Of a stretch of DNA of 64,000 nucleotides, positions 36,160 through 49,355 are shown in pieces (the first letter of the stretch is position 1; every line of letters begins with the position of its first letter). The DNA is from Torpedo marmorata (lineage: Eukaryota). Under the pieces are notes generated by a model, which was not told the origin of the DNA, did no database searches, and worked only from the letters and a program-made list of their open reading frames with translations. Location: contig OZ360222.1 in the NCBI GenBank assembly GCA_977017645.1, positions 134,974,001-135,038,000 of the forward strand, read 5' to 3'. Made by a program: the position numbers and the translations under genes.

Positions 36160-36671
36160 TGTCGGAAATGAAGACTCTCGACAATCGGTTCTCTTTAAAA
36201 TCAGCACAGCACGGTGAAGCTTTATTTATCAAGTCTGCAGAGTTGGACCCAGCCGGCTATCGCCAGGCTGTGTGCTTTTTCACAGCTGCAATAGTCATTT
36301 ATACATTCTTAGTTCATCACACCCCCTTCATTATTTCATCACGCCCCCCTTCGTTATGATTGGATAAGCTTAGATAAGCTTTTTTTTGTACTGCTCTGCT
36401 TAACAATCTATTATCCTGACATACACTTCTAAAAGGTATTTCCCTCCCTGGCCCCTTTCATGCCTTATCTAGTGGTTAATCTCCTCCCTGGCCCCCTTTC
36501 ATGCCTTTTACACAAAACAGATGTTGATAACATGTTGTTTCAAACAGACTAAAGATTCTTTGAATTCTTTAACCATTTGTCTCATTTCACTTTTCCAGTC
36601 TTGCCTATTTTTAATAGATATTTAATCTCATGTTTAACATTGCAACATTCAACAATTCTTACTATCTCACA
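36160..36671 (-). promoter_or_regulatory. ERV 5' LTR
   Basis: Copy of 31355-31866; followed on the minus strand, after 3 nt, by the PBS. Confidence 0.9.
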
Positions 36672-36906
36672 CTGATTGAGTTTGTTGTTGACGAGTCTGA
36701 TGGTGGAGGGGTGCAGCTGTTCCTGAACCTGGTGGTGCGAGTCCTGTGGCACCTATACCTCTTTCCTGATGGCAAGAACAGAGCGTGTGCTGGGTGATGT
36801 AGATCCTTAATGATTGCTGCTGCTCTCCGACGGCCAGTGCCGGATTAACGTAGTAGCAAAAGTAGCATATGCTACAGGCCCCACATTTTCAAGGGCTCCG
36901 CGCTAA

Positions 36907-39315
36907 ATCAGAATCAGAATTTATTGTCATGAACAAATCATGAAATTCGGTGTTTTGCAGCAGCATCATAGTGCAAACATTCATATTATAACCATCTTAC
37001 GACATTACTATAAAAAATATATAAATAATAGTGCACGAAAAGTAAGGCAGTGTCTTTGGTTCATTGATTATTCAGGAATCTGATGGCAGCGGGGAAGAAG
37101 CTGTCCTTGTGCCATTGAGTGCTCATCTTTAGGCTCCTGTACCTTTTTCCCGATGGTAGCAGAGTGAAGAGGGCATGGCCTGGGTGGTGGGGGTCTTTGA
37201 GGATAGAGGCTGCTTTTTTAAGACACCGCCTCATATAGATGTCCTCGATGGAGTGAAGTCTGGTGCCTGTGATGTCACAGACCGAGTTAACAACCCTCTG
37301 GAGTTTATTCTTGTCCTGAGAGTTGGCGCCTCCATACCAGGCAGTGATGCAACCAGCCAGAATGCTCTCCATGGTACACCTGTAGAAGTTTACGAGAGTC
37401 TTTGGTGACACACCGAATCTCCTCAGACACCTCACAAAGTATAGCCGCTGGCGAGACTTCTTTGTGATTGCATCAACGTAGAGGCTCCAGGACAGATCCT
37501 CGGAGATGTTGACACCCATGGAATTTGAAGTTCTTGACCCTCTCCACTACTGATCCCTCGATGAGGACTGGGTCGTGTTCCCCTGACTTCCTCCTGAAGT
37601 CCACAATCATCTCCTTTGTTTTGCTGACATTGAGCGCAAGGTTGTTGTCGTTACACCATTCATCGAGCTGATCTATCTCCCTCCTGTACACTTCCTCATT
37701 GCCGTTTGTGATTCTGCCGACATCTGTGGTGTCATCGGCTAACTTGTAGATTCCACTGGAATTGTGCCTGGCCACACAGTCATGGGTGTATAACGAGTAG
37801 AGCAGTGGACTAAGCACACATCCTTGGGGTGCGCCTGTGTTGATAATCAGTGAGGAGGAGACGTTGCTTCCAATTCGTACTGACTGTGGTCTTCCGTTGA
37901 GAAAGTCAAGGATCCAGTTGCAGAGTGGGGTACAGAGGCCTAGAGTTTGTAGCTTCTTGACCAGCTCTGAGGGAATAATGGTATTGAAGGCTGAGCTGTA
38001 GTCGATGAAGCGCAGCCGTATGTATGAATTGCTGTTTTCGAGGTGATCCAGAGCTGAGTGGAGAGCCAGCGATATTGCATCTGCTGTGAAGCGATTGTGA
38101 CGATAGACGAATTGCAGTGGGTCCAGAACTTTGCTTAGTTACGTGTTAATTCTGGCCATGACCAGCCTCTCAAAGCATTTCAACACAGTAGAGTTGAGGC
38201 AGTTCACACTACTCTTCTTGGGTTCCGGGATGATTGATGCCCTTTTGAAGCAGGTGGGAACCTCTGACTGCTGCAATGAGAGGTTGAAAATGTCCGTGAA
38301 CACTCCGGCTAGTTGGTTGGCGCAGATTTTCAGTACCCTGCCAGGTACGCCGTCAGGGCCTGACGCCTTGCGAGGGTTCACCCTCTTGAATGATGTTCTG
38401 ACGTCGCCCTCAGAGACAGATATCACAGGCTCCTCAGCCTTTTCAGGGATTCTAGTAGGCATTGTTTGGTTCTTCTTCTCAAAGCGGGCATAGAAGCTGT
38501 TCAGCTCATTGGGTAGTGAAGCATCACAGCCGTCTATAGTGTTCGCCCTCGCTTTGTAGGCTGTAATGGCCTGCACTCCCTGCCATAGCTGGCGTGTATC
38601 TGTCTCCGTCTCTAGCTTCCTCCGGAATTGCCACTTTGCTTCAGAGATGGCCTTCCGCAGGTCGTGCCTGGACTTCTTGTAAAGATCCCAATCCCCAGCC
38701 TTATATGCCCTTGTTCTCGCCCTCAGCAGGTTGCGAATTCTCTGATTCATCCAGGGCTTCTGGTTGAGGAACACCCGGTATTTGCGTGTGGGCACACACT
38801 CATCCACGCAGGTCTTGATGAAGTCGGTGACACCTGTTGCATATTCATTCAGGTCTACGGATGAGTTCTTGAATATGTTCCATTCCACCAATTCAAAGCA
38901 GTCCTGCAGACGCTCCACCGCCTCCCTCGACCATACTTTTGCCGTCTTCACCACTGGTGCTGTGGTCTTCAGTCTCTGCTTGTACGCCGGGAGTAGAAGT
39001 ACAGCCAGGTGATCAGACTTGCCGAAGTGCGGTCATGGTATGGCTCGGTATGCGTTCTTCATGGTCGTGTAGCAGTGGTCAAGTGTGTTGGTTCCCCTGG
39101 TCTCGCATGTGACATGTTGGTGGTAGTTTGTCAGTGACTTCTTCAGATTGGCCGGATTGAAGTCTCCCACAATGATCGGGAGGGCATCAGGATGTGCTGT
39201 CTCATGGCTGTTTATCACAGTGCTCAGTCTGACGTTAGCCTGGGGCGGAATGTACACTGCGACCAGGGTGATGGCGATGAACTCCCTCGGCAGGTAGAAT
39301 GGGCGACACTTGCTG
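36907..39315 (-). mobile_element. Rex1/Babar LINE (partial endonuclease plus RT), frameshifted
   Basis: [44 protein letters not shown]; (ATTCTG)n tail at ~36907-36921. Confidence 0.9.
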
Positions 39316-39379
39316 ACTTGCTCTATTACTTTATGTACTATGAATTATGAACGACTGACTGGGTGTTTAACTTAAACAT

Positions 39380-39592
39380 TTTCGTTTTCATCTTTGTGCA
39401 GTGGCTATGAGATACCACACTCCCATAGTCTGTGTTAATAACCCTGGTTAAAGGTGATAATTGACTAAAATCGCTAACCTTAAACAGTTTAAGGTTAGCG
39501 ATTTTAGCCAATTATCACCTTTAATCGGGGTTATTAACACAGACTATGGGAGTGTGGTATCTCGTAGCCGCTGCACCAAGATGAAAATGGAA
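39380..39592. repeat. ~213-bp near-perfect palindrome centred on 39486
   Basis: ...AAAATCGCTAACCTTAAAC-A-GTTTAAGGTTAGCGATTTT...; arms pair out to about 105 bp with scattered mismatches. Confidence 0.92.
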
Positions 39593-40314
39593 ACGGAAAC
39601 GCACCTCAGCTGAACAAAAAATAATCCTCAGCCCCTCAGTCAGCTGGCTGGTTTCGTTTACATGTGGGAAATATGAAAGCTTAAAGGAGTGGTAGCGAAA
39701 ATTATCATATCCTTTCATCAAGGATGTAATCACTGAATATATAGTGATCTGAGAAAGCGAGCAACATTTTGTTAAGAATAATTAAGACTATTTCAAACTT
39801 ACCAAAACGGACATGCAAGGTTAGCGTTAGAAACTCTCTCGAGGGGGGGGGTGGTGGGCGCAGTCACACTTCCCCCTCATTGCTCATGCGCCCGCCAACA
39901 CTTCATGCGCTGTTGTCACACTTCCCCCTCACCGCTCATGCGCCAACCGGCACAATTTAGGGCCCCTTTATAATATATGCTACAGGCCCTGAAATACCTT
40001 AATCCGGCCCTTCCGACGGCAGCGTTCCCTGTAGATGATCTCGATAGTGGGGAGGGTTTTGCCTGTAATGTCCTGGGCTGTGTCCACTACCTTTTGCAGG
40101 GCTTTACGCTCAGGGGTATTGGTGTCCCCATACCAGACTGTGATGCAGCCGATCAGCACACTTTCCACCACACATCTGTCAAAATTTGCCAAGGTTTCCG
40201 ATATCATACCAAACCTCCACAAACTCCTGAGGAAGTAGAGGCACTGATGTGCTTTCTTCATGATGCCATTAGTGTGTTGGGTCCAGGAAATATCCTCCGA
40301 GCTAGGTTCTCCCA

Positions 40315-40700
40315 AGAACTTAGAGCTCAGAAGCATGCCCTTCGGCCCTTCTCGTCTGTGCCGAACTATTATTTTGTCTAGTCCCACTGACCTGCACCCA
40401 GTCTATAGCCCTCCATACCCCTCCCATCCATGTACCTGTCCAAATTTTTCTTAAATGTTAAAATTGAGCCCGCAATCACCACTTCAGCTGGCAGCTCATT
40501 CCACACTCCCACCACTCTCTGTGTGAAGAAGTTCCCCCTCATGTTCCCCTTAAATTATTCCCCTTTCACCCTAAACCCATGTCCTCTGGTTTTTATCTCA
40601 CCTAACCTCACTGGAAAAAGCCTACTTGCCTTTACTCTTATCTACACCCTCATAATTTTGTATGCCTCTATCAAATCTCCCCTCATTCTTCTACGTTCCA
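40315..40700 (-). mobile_element. CR1-like LINE 3' fragment
   Basis: Reverse complement closely resembles 19960-20290. Confidence 0.85.
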
Positions 40701-41159
40701 GTTATTGACCTGTTATTGATCAATTGAATGGGACTTTACCTGTGAATTTGCTGGTTATTCACAACAGCTTAACTATTCTGAGAACCTATTGGTAACTAAT
40801 ATGTAGAGGGAGTTAGAAAATATGAGAATCCTGCAGCAATTGATAATTCTGAAATAAAAACATAAAATAGAAAATTCAGCAGCGCAGGCAGCATTTATGG
40901 CACGAGCAGCAGAGTTAACATTTCAAGTCAATGTTTTTTTAAGAACTGAGAAAGAGGAAAAACAAATTATTTTTTACGTTGCAGAGAGGATGGTGGAGGG
41001 ATAGATAGAACAAAAGGAAAATGCCTGATAAGGTGAGGCAAGGGTTGCTGTGGCATAAGAAAGACTCAACAAAGAAATTGAAAGCTTTGAAATGAGGGCA
41101 GTTAGAGAATGAGGACAAGCAAAGGAAGTTAAGAGTTATGAAATGTGAGGGAGTTTGAT

Positions 41160-42200
41160 CATTAATTTATCTGTAACTTATTTTGATCAGACTTAATGGA
41201 GGTTTGCCTGTTACACATATATTGATATTGACAGCTGCCTGTCACTAACCAATTGATGGGGTTTACTTGTGAGTTTACCGGTTATTGAAATGTTAAAGGG
41301 AACTGGTCTGTGAGTTTATAATTACAGTACTGGCTTTCTGATGAGAGCTGACCTCTGATTTTCCCAGTTATTGATCTGGGGAAGGGAGTTTACAAGTTAC
41401 TGACCTATTGATGAGATTTAACTGTTCTAATCCTACTGGTGGGAATTCATATGAGTTTGTCTGTAACTGTCCTATGACTAATTTATTTAGGGAGTTCATT
41501 GCCAGTTTATCAAGGGAACATATCAAGTAACCTGCTATGGCAATTTACCAGATGCTGATCTGTAGATAGGTTTACCATTGAATTTATCAGTTATTGATTT
41601 ACTGTGAGGAGTTGGCCCTTGATTTTACTGGTTACTGATCTATTGACATAAGTTTTGTCTGTTGCTGCTCTATGAATGGGAATTCACCCGAGGAGTTTAT
41701 CTGTTACTAATGAGGTGACTGGAGTTTTCACTGTGAGTTTTTCTGTAACTAATCTGTTAGAAGTTATCTATTATTGATCTGTTGATGGGGGTTGATCTGT
41801 AAATTTGCTTGATTCAGATCTATTGATGGGATGTTTGTTTCCAATAATTACTCAATTAATGGGAGTTAACTTGTTAATTAATATTACAGACCTATGGATG
41901 GAAATTCAGCTGTGAGTTAACCTTTTACAGGCTGTGATGTAAGTTTACCTATGAGTTTATCTGTTCCTGACCATTGATGGAAGTTTATCTGACGGATTCC
42001 AGTTACTGATCTATTTGATGGAAGTTTATGTTGGTGCTTGTTAATAGGAATCTATCCATCCATTTTCAGTTATAACATAATTGTCTGTGTATTTTTGGGA
42101 AATGAACAGTTATTTTCATTCATTGACTTAATGAAAAGAGTTTACCTGTCTGTTTTTACGGCTGCTATTGATGGGAATTGCTTTGTGTATTTATTGTTGA
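41160..42200. repeat. Old degenerate ~40-bp tandem array (approx. GAGTTTATCTGTTACTGATCTATTGATGGGAGTTTACCTGT)
   Basis: Recurring TTACTGATCTATTGATGG / GAGTTTACCTGTGAG motifs; similar units at ~30930-31100, ~40700-40800 and ~48970-49110. Confidence 0.65.
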
Positions 42201-43386
42201 CCAAGTAGTGATAATAAATAAAAGCAGAAATTCTGTAAATCAGCAGATCATGCAGCATCCATGGAAAAGAGAAACAGAATTAACATTCAAGCCAATAATC
42301 TTTCAACAGCAATGGAAATATTTGGATATACATGCAGCAAAAGGAGAAGGAAAAAAGGGAGATCTGTGATGGTGGGCTTTTAAGCTGCCATATCCTGTGT
42401 ATTCAGATAAGCAGATTTGCTCATGCCTGAAAGGCACAAAGTTTCTGGAGAGTGTTCATCATAATTTTCTGTAATAACAGGTTTAGTAATGGGTAATGAG
42501 CCAAATTTAGTATACAGCTTAAGAGTTTGTGAATATATATCTATTAATGGTTATAGTTCGATCAAGTTCAATCCAGTGTTTTCAAGAGAGAAAACATGAA
42601 ACAGCTACTAAGATTGTAGATCTGGGAAGACTGACTTCCGTGAGTACTATTGAGTAAAATCAACGTTGAGTACTGGGAGGTGTTGGGAGAGATTGTAACA
42701 CAGAACCATCTTGCCCCTCTAGGGCGCAAGAGATTTAAAAATAAATCAGCCTTAGGTCACTCAAGAAGTAAGGACAAAAATAAAACTCAAAGAAAACAAA
42801 ACCAATAAATCAGAAAACCTATGCAGATGCTGTATAAATTTTCCAAAGGATATCAAATCAATACAAAAATATTTACAGTCATATTGGGAAAAGGAGGATA
42901 TACTCCTTAAAATGAATCATGGTGATGCAGTAAATGAAAAGTAAGGAAATGGTTAACATGTTGAATAATTACTTTGAATGATGATTTACAGTAAAAAGGA
43001 TTTGCATTAGTGGCATTCTGAGCAAATTAATATTGCCAAAATTGGTTTAAGAAAGATAACAGTGATTATGAAAATAATGCAATTTAAAGGTGATTTGAAT
43101 TCCCAATCTATACCATTCCCTAAATCCTACATCCATCACAGACGGCTGGAAAAGGTAATTATCTATAATAGGACTAGCCAGAGAACAGCTATTAAATCAA
43201 AAAAATTTCTAAACTGTGTCCATATTCTCAACCTATATCTCAATACCGGATTATGAGTTATTTTAACAAATGAAAATGGTAAAAAGGATCCTAAAATTGC
43301 TAACATAGATGTTTTTTTTTTAAAACTTCAATTCCATTTCCATCCAGGATGGGCGATTCTGTAACTTATCAACATGCAATAACAAA

Positions 43387-46300
43387 TTACAAATCCAGAT
43401 GACGAACAGTTTATTCAAGATACTTTTTTACATTTATCTGAGGCTAAGGAAAATATTTTAATTGGTGGAGATTTTAATTGCTGTCTAAATGCGAACATGG
43501 ACAAAACTACTAAAACATTTGTTAGACCTAAAATAGTCAAAAGAATTATTAATTTAATGGATGATTTAAATCTGGTAGATATCTGGAGGAAATTAAATCC
43601 TAGAGAAAAAGATTATTCATTTTATTCTTTTAGACATAACTCATTTTCAAGGATTGATTTGTTTTTGATATCTTCACAAATTCAGGATAGAGTAACTCAA
43701 ATATCTTATAAAGCAAGAATAATTTCAGATCATTCACCTTTATTGATGACATGTATGATTCCAGAGAAAGAAAAAATTGTATATAATTGGAGATTAGATT
43801 CTTCTTTATTAAATAGAAAAGATTTTTGTGAATATATAAGAAAAGAAATTCAGGAATTTTTAAGAATTAATAATAATTCAGTTAATGATAAATTTATAAT
43901 TTGGGAATCTTTAAAAGCATATCTAAGAGGTTTGATAATAAGTTTTTCGGCAAAAATTAGAAAAGATTATTTGAAAGAAGAAGAAAAATTGGAAAGGGAG
44001 ATTGAATTTATGGAGAAAGATTTTCAAAGAAATAAAACAATTTTTAAGAGACAACGTTTAATTAGGAAAAAATTGCATTATAATATATTACAAACTCGAA
44101 AAATAGAAAAATTAATTGGTAGAACAAAACAAAGATATTATGAATTGGGAGAAAGAGCACATAAAGTTCTAGCATGGCAATTAAAAAAAGAACAAGTTTC
44201 TAAAACTATAAATGCTATAAAAAAAAGTACTGGTGAAATAACTTATAAACCTCAGGAAATAAATGATTCTTTCAGAGAATATTATCAGAATTTATATACT
44301 TCGCAGATTGATCAGGATGTTACAAAAATTGATAATTTTTTATCTAAAATTACATTGCCTAAATTAAATAATTTTAATAGAGATATGTTAGATTTACCTA
44401 TTACAATGAGAGAAGTAGTTGAAGCTTTATCGTCATTGAAAAGTGGTAAATCTCCTGATGATGATGGATTTCCGATAGAGTTTTATAAGAAGTTTAAAGA
44501 CTTACTGATACCTATATATATGGAAGTATTGACTCAAATTAAGGAAACTCATTTATTACCGAAAACTTTTTTAAATGCTGTTATTACAGTTATACCAAAG
44601 AAAGATAGAGATGTATTAAAAACTGAGTCATACAGACCTATATCACTGTTGAATGTAGATTATAAATTAATGGCAAAAATTTTGACAAACAGACTAGCTA
44701 AGTTTTTACCATTTTTAATACATTCAGATCAAGCAGGATTTATTAAAAATAGATATTCGAAGGATAATATAGCAAGATTAATAAGTTTAATTAACTTGCA
44801 AAAAAGCAAACAGGATTTGCCGCTGGTGATAACATTAGATGCAGAAAAAGCATTTGATAGATTAGAATGGAATTTTTTATTTAAGGTTTTAGAGAAATAT
44901 GGATTTGGGAATACTTTTATAAATTGGATTAAAACTATATATAAAGAACCTACAGCTAGAGTAATTACAAATGGTCAGATATCATCTAAATTCCCTTTGT
45001 TGAGGTCAACAAGACAAGGATGCCCTTTATCACCTGCTTTATTTGTATTGGCAATAGAACCGTTGGCTGAAGTGATTAGGAAAGATATTAATATAAATGG
45101 GATTAAAGTAGGTGCAGAAGAACATAAAATTAGTTTATTTGCAGATGATGTATTAATATATATGACGAAATCTATTGGATCGCTTCAACAATTAGCTAAG
45201 ATATTGAGGGAGTATGGTGAGATATCTGGTTACAAAATAAATTCAGATAAGAGTGAAATAATGGCTTTATCTCAAGGAGATTATACTAAATGTAAAGAAG
45301 TTACAGGATTTAAATGGGCTAAAGAAGGAATTAAATATCTGGGAGTTAAAGTAGATACAAAATTGGAAAATTTATATAAATTAAATTATGTACCTTTATT
45401 TCAGAAAATAAAGAAAGATTTGGAGAATTGGAAAGATTTACCTATTACCTTAATGGGAAGAGTGAATTGTATTAAAATGAATATTTTTCCAAGAGTTCAA
45501 TATCTTTTTCAATCTATTCCTTTTGGAATTCCTCAAAAATTTTTTAAAGATTTAAAAACTATTATTAGAAAATTTCTATGGAAAGGAAAATTAGCAAGAG
45601 TAAGTATGGATAAATTAACTTGGGAATACGAGATGGGTGGATTACAACTCCCCAATTTTCAATATTATTATAAGGCAGCTCAATTAAAGTTTATTAATGA
45701 ATTTTTTGATTTAACTAAATCTACTGCTTGGATTAATATAGAATTGAATAATATAGGGGAAAGATATAAAGAAGATATTATTTATAAATGGAATTCTAAA
45801 TTATTATTAGTTAAAAAGAAAAAATCACCGATTATTAAACATTTATTGGAAATCTGGACTCAGTTAGACAATGAGATAGGACGAAAAGGGTCATTATCTC
45901 TGAATATGCCATTGTATCAGAATTTATTGTTACCTTTTTCTATTGATAATCAATTTTTAAAACTATGGTTTCAAAAAGGAATTAAGAAGATTAAAGATTG
46001 TTTTGAGGCTGGAAGATTTGTTACATTTTCTAGGTTGAAAGAAAAATTTGGAATAATGGATAATACAATTTTGGCTTACTATCAGGTTAGAGGATTTTTA
46101 GTTGAGAAATTGGGGAATCAATTAACAACTCCAAGACAGGATGGATTAGAATTATTAATTACTAATGGAAATGTTAACAAATTTATATCACAAATGTATA
46201 AATTACTTCAGAGAAAAATGCCTAAGGTAGGATTACATAAATCAAGATTAAGTTGGGAATCAGATTTAAATATTAATATAGATGAAAAACATTGGAAAGA

Positions 46301-47128
46301 ATTATGTAAATTGAGTATGACTAAAATTATTAATGTTAGATATAGATTAGTACAATATAATTTTTTTCATCAATTATATTTAACACCTAAAAAATTAAAG
46401 AAATTTAACCCGGCACTATCAGATATGTGTTTTAGATGTAAGGATGAAATAGGTTCTTTTGTACACTGTACATGGTCATGTTTAAAAATTCAAAATTTTT
46501 GGTTTAAAGTTAAAGATTTTTTGGATAGAATTTTTAATATTACGGTTCCAATGGACCCTATGTTATTTTTATTTGGAGATATTAAAAAATTTAGTATTAG
46601 AAATAGATTGAATATGTATCAAATAGAATTTTTACGAATTGTCTTAGCGGTTTCAAAAAAATGTATCGCTATTACTTGGAAATCAGATTTAGATTTGAAT
46701 TTAGATAGATTACATGCAGAATTACGTTCTTGTATACCATTGGAAAAATTACATATAATTTACGGAATAATTATCATTTCTTTTTGAAAATTTGGAGCCC
46801 ATATATGAGAATTATGGGTATGAATTAATTCTCTAGAAGTTGGTACCGCCGGCAAAAATAACCTCCAATATATAAATAGAATTAGTTTGTAATTTGTTTT
46901 CTCCTCACTTTAACTTTTTAATTCTTTATTATTCAATTCTTTCTTTTTTTTTCTTTATAACTAACATTCTTTTTTTTTTCTCTCTTTTTTTTTTAGAATA
47001 GTGTTGGGGGGGTTGGGGAGGGGAGGGTGGGAGGGGGGGAGGTAATATATCACATGTATTTTGAATAATATACTATTTTTGATTCATGTATTTTGTGATT
47101 TTAAAATTTAAATAAAATTTTAAAAAAA
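43387..47128 (+). mobile_element. 5'-truncated L1-clade LINE with long open ORF2 (43497-46787)
   Basis: GGDFN, SRID, SDH endonuclease; YRPISLLNVDYK, QGCPLSP, FADD RT; C-terminal CFRC..H..C; G-rich 3' UTR, AATAAA and poly(A); TSD AACATGCAATAACAAA at 43371-43386 and 47129-47144; frameshift near C-terminus. Confidence 0.95.
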
Positions 47129-47149
47129 AACATGCAATAACAAAAGCAA

Positions 47150-48360
47150 AAGCAAGTTTTAATGATATTTTTATTCGAGATAGTTTTGCCACTTTCGAAC
47201 AATTGGTCAATAAATTTAATCTTACTAACAGACATTTTTTTAGATACTTACAAATTAGACATTTTGTTCAGTCTAAGATTTCAGATTTTCCTCGAATTTT
47301 AAGTTCTAATTTTCTCAATTTATTTTTTAATATACGGTTCTTTTTCCAACGTGGATTAACATCATGTATATATAATAATTTATTGGAAATCAGAGTAGCT
47401 TCTATGACGGGGATCAAGAATGAATGGGAACGAGATTTGAGTGTTACATTTTCAGATCAAGATTGGGACAATGCTCTTGATCTAATTAACGCCTCATCTT
47501 TTTATGCTAAGACACTGTTTATTACAATTTAAAGTGGTGCATAGAATTTATATGTCTAAACTTAAACTATCACATTTTAACTCTGACATAGATCCATTGT
47601 GTGAGAGATGTAAAATTTTTGAAGCTTCACTGATACATATGTTTTGGGAATGCCCCAATTTGGAGAGATTTTGGAAGGATATTTTTAAATCTTTATCATT
47701 GATTTTTAAGATTAATATTGAACCATGTCCTATAATTGCTCTGTTTGGTTTTTCACGTGAACTTAACATACCTTTGTCTGCATCACAGGAAAAAGTTTTA
47801 GCTTTTTCCACGTTGATTGCCAGACGAGCAATTTTATTGAAATGGAAAGATGAGTTATCACCGACACATAGACAGTGGTTACTAGATGTCATGTCCTTTC
47901 TGAGTTTGGAGAAAATTAGATATAATATTAAAGATAGAAAGTTTCAATTTTTAAAGATCTGGGGGCCATTCATTGAATACTATCATGATTGGAAGAATTA
48001 ACAAAACTGACTATCCTGGGGACTCTCTGTCCGATGCTTGGAGGTCGCTACAGGATCCATATCCTTTTTTACAATATCAAGGTAACCTTGCTTAGAGGGA
48101 GGGGTTAGAATAGATTAGTTATTAGTGTTTTTTTTTGTCTTTTTTTTCTTTCTTTTTATTTTATTTTCAAGTGATTTTTTTTAAGATTATAAGGAACTAG
48201 AGTTTTAACCTATGTTAAGAATTTAGTTACGACAATTTACTTAGTTTTTTTTTATATACATGTATGAATATCAGCTGATTTTTTGAATGTTTTTCTTAAT
48301 CTTGTTACTCTGTATACATGTTTATTATTGAAACTCAATAAAAATATTTTAAAAAGAAAA
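47150..48360 (+). mobile_element. L1-clade 3' fragment of a different subfamily
   Basis: FFRYLQIRHF, QFKVVHR, CERC..HMFWECP, LEKIRY..FLKIWGPF; AATAAA and A-tail. Confidence 0.88.
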
Positions 48361-48454
48361 GGTGATTTGATGGAAGTTTTCTGGATATTAAAGGGAACTG
48401 ATAGGTTGGAGAGTCTGGGTCCTGGGACTTGAGGAATTTTTAAATTTAATTTCG

Positions 48455-48690
48455 AGATACAGCACGGTAACAGGCCTTTCCAGCCTACAAGCCTGTGTCA
48501 CTCAAATGCATCCACATGACCAATCATCTTACTAACCCCATACATCTTTGGAACATGGGAGGAAAACAGAGCATCCAGAGGAAACCTATGCATATATTGA
48601 GAGAATGTTCAAAGCCCTTACAGACGGCACCGGATTTAAACACGGGTTGGCACTGTAATAGCATTGTGCTAACCGCTACGCTAACCGTTC
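48455..48690 (-). mobile_element. V-SINE
   Basis: Reverse complement matches the 13172 family (GCTAACCGCTACGCTAACC A-box end). Confidence 0.8.
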
Positions 48691-49197
48691 TGCCTGAAGT
48701 ATAAAAATCAGAGCCAAATCTTTCATGACAGAAGTTAGGAAAGATTTCTAAATGCACAGAGTTGTAGAAAATTACAAATCTCTGTAAACAGTAAAAATTG
48801 ATGTTAATTGTTAATTTTAGATATTAAATTGTAGATTTTTCATACCCAAAAGTATTTAGGGATATGGAGTTAGGTTGCTGATTGCCTATCATCTTATTAA
48901 ACAATGGAATAGACTCAAGGATCTAAACAGCCTATTCCTGTTTCTGTGTCTCTACTTGCTTCAATACCATCCCCTTTGATGAGTAGTTCATCTGTTAGTG
49001 TTCATGTCATTGTTCTGTTGATGTGGACCATATCTGTCAGCTTACTTGTTCTGTTAATGAGCTTACCTATCAGTTTTTTAGTCTCCATTCCTATTGGTGA
49101 AAAGGTTTCTGACAGGGATTTAATTAAAATATTAATGCACGGATTCAGGTTTCGTACCTGTTTTTTTTTTCATTTTAAATTTATATATTTTTAAAAC

Positions 49198-49355
49198 TTA
49201 GACATAGAGCACAGTAACAGGCCATTTCAGCCCACGAGCCCGTGCCGCCCAATTAACCTACAACCCCCGGTACGTTTCGAACGGTGGGAGGAAACCGGAG
49301 CGCCCGGGGAAAACCCACGCAGACACGGAGAGAAGGTACCAACTCCTTACAGACA
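49198..49355 (-). mobile_element. 5'-truncated V-SINE
   Basis: GGGAGGAAACCGGAG...AAAACCCACGCAGACAC...AACTCCTTACAGACA. Confidence 0.8.

Larger units (their letters stand above)
31355..36671 (-). mobile_element. Class I (gamma/epsilon-like) endogenous retrovirus, internally deleted, very recent
   Basis: 512-bp LTRs at 31355-31866 and 36160-36671 appear identical; 5-bp TSD CTGAT; PBS-Pro at 36156-36139; PPT AAAGAAATGGGGGAT; gag MG start 35689, PPPY, capsid MHR QGKDESPTDFLER; RT DLKDAF/LPQGF/YVDD; IN IDF..SDRG..VERMN and GPF; env TM tail. Confidence 0.95.
36835..40012. mobile_element. hAT (Tip100-like) non-autonomous transposon carrying a nested LINE
   Basis: TIRs CAGTGCCGGATTAA / TTAATCCGGCCCTT; exact 8-bp TSD CCGACGGC at 36827-36834 and 40013-40020. 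Confidence 0.88.
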
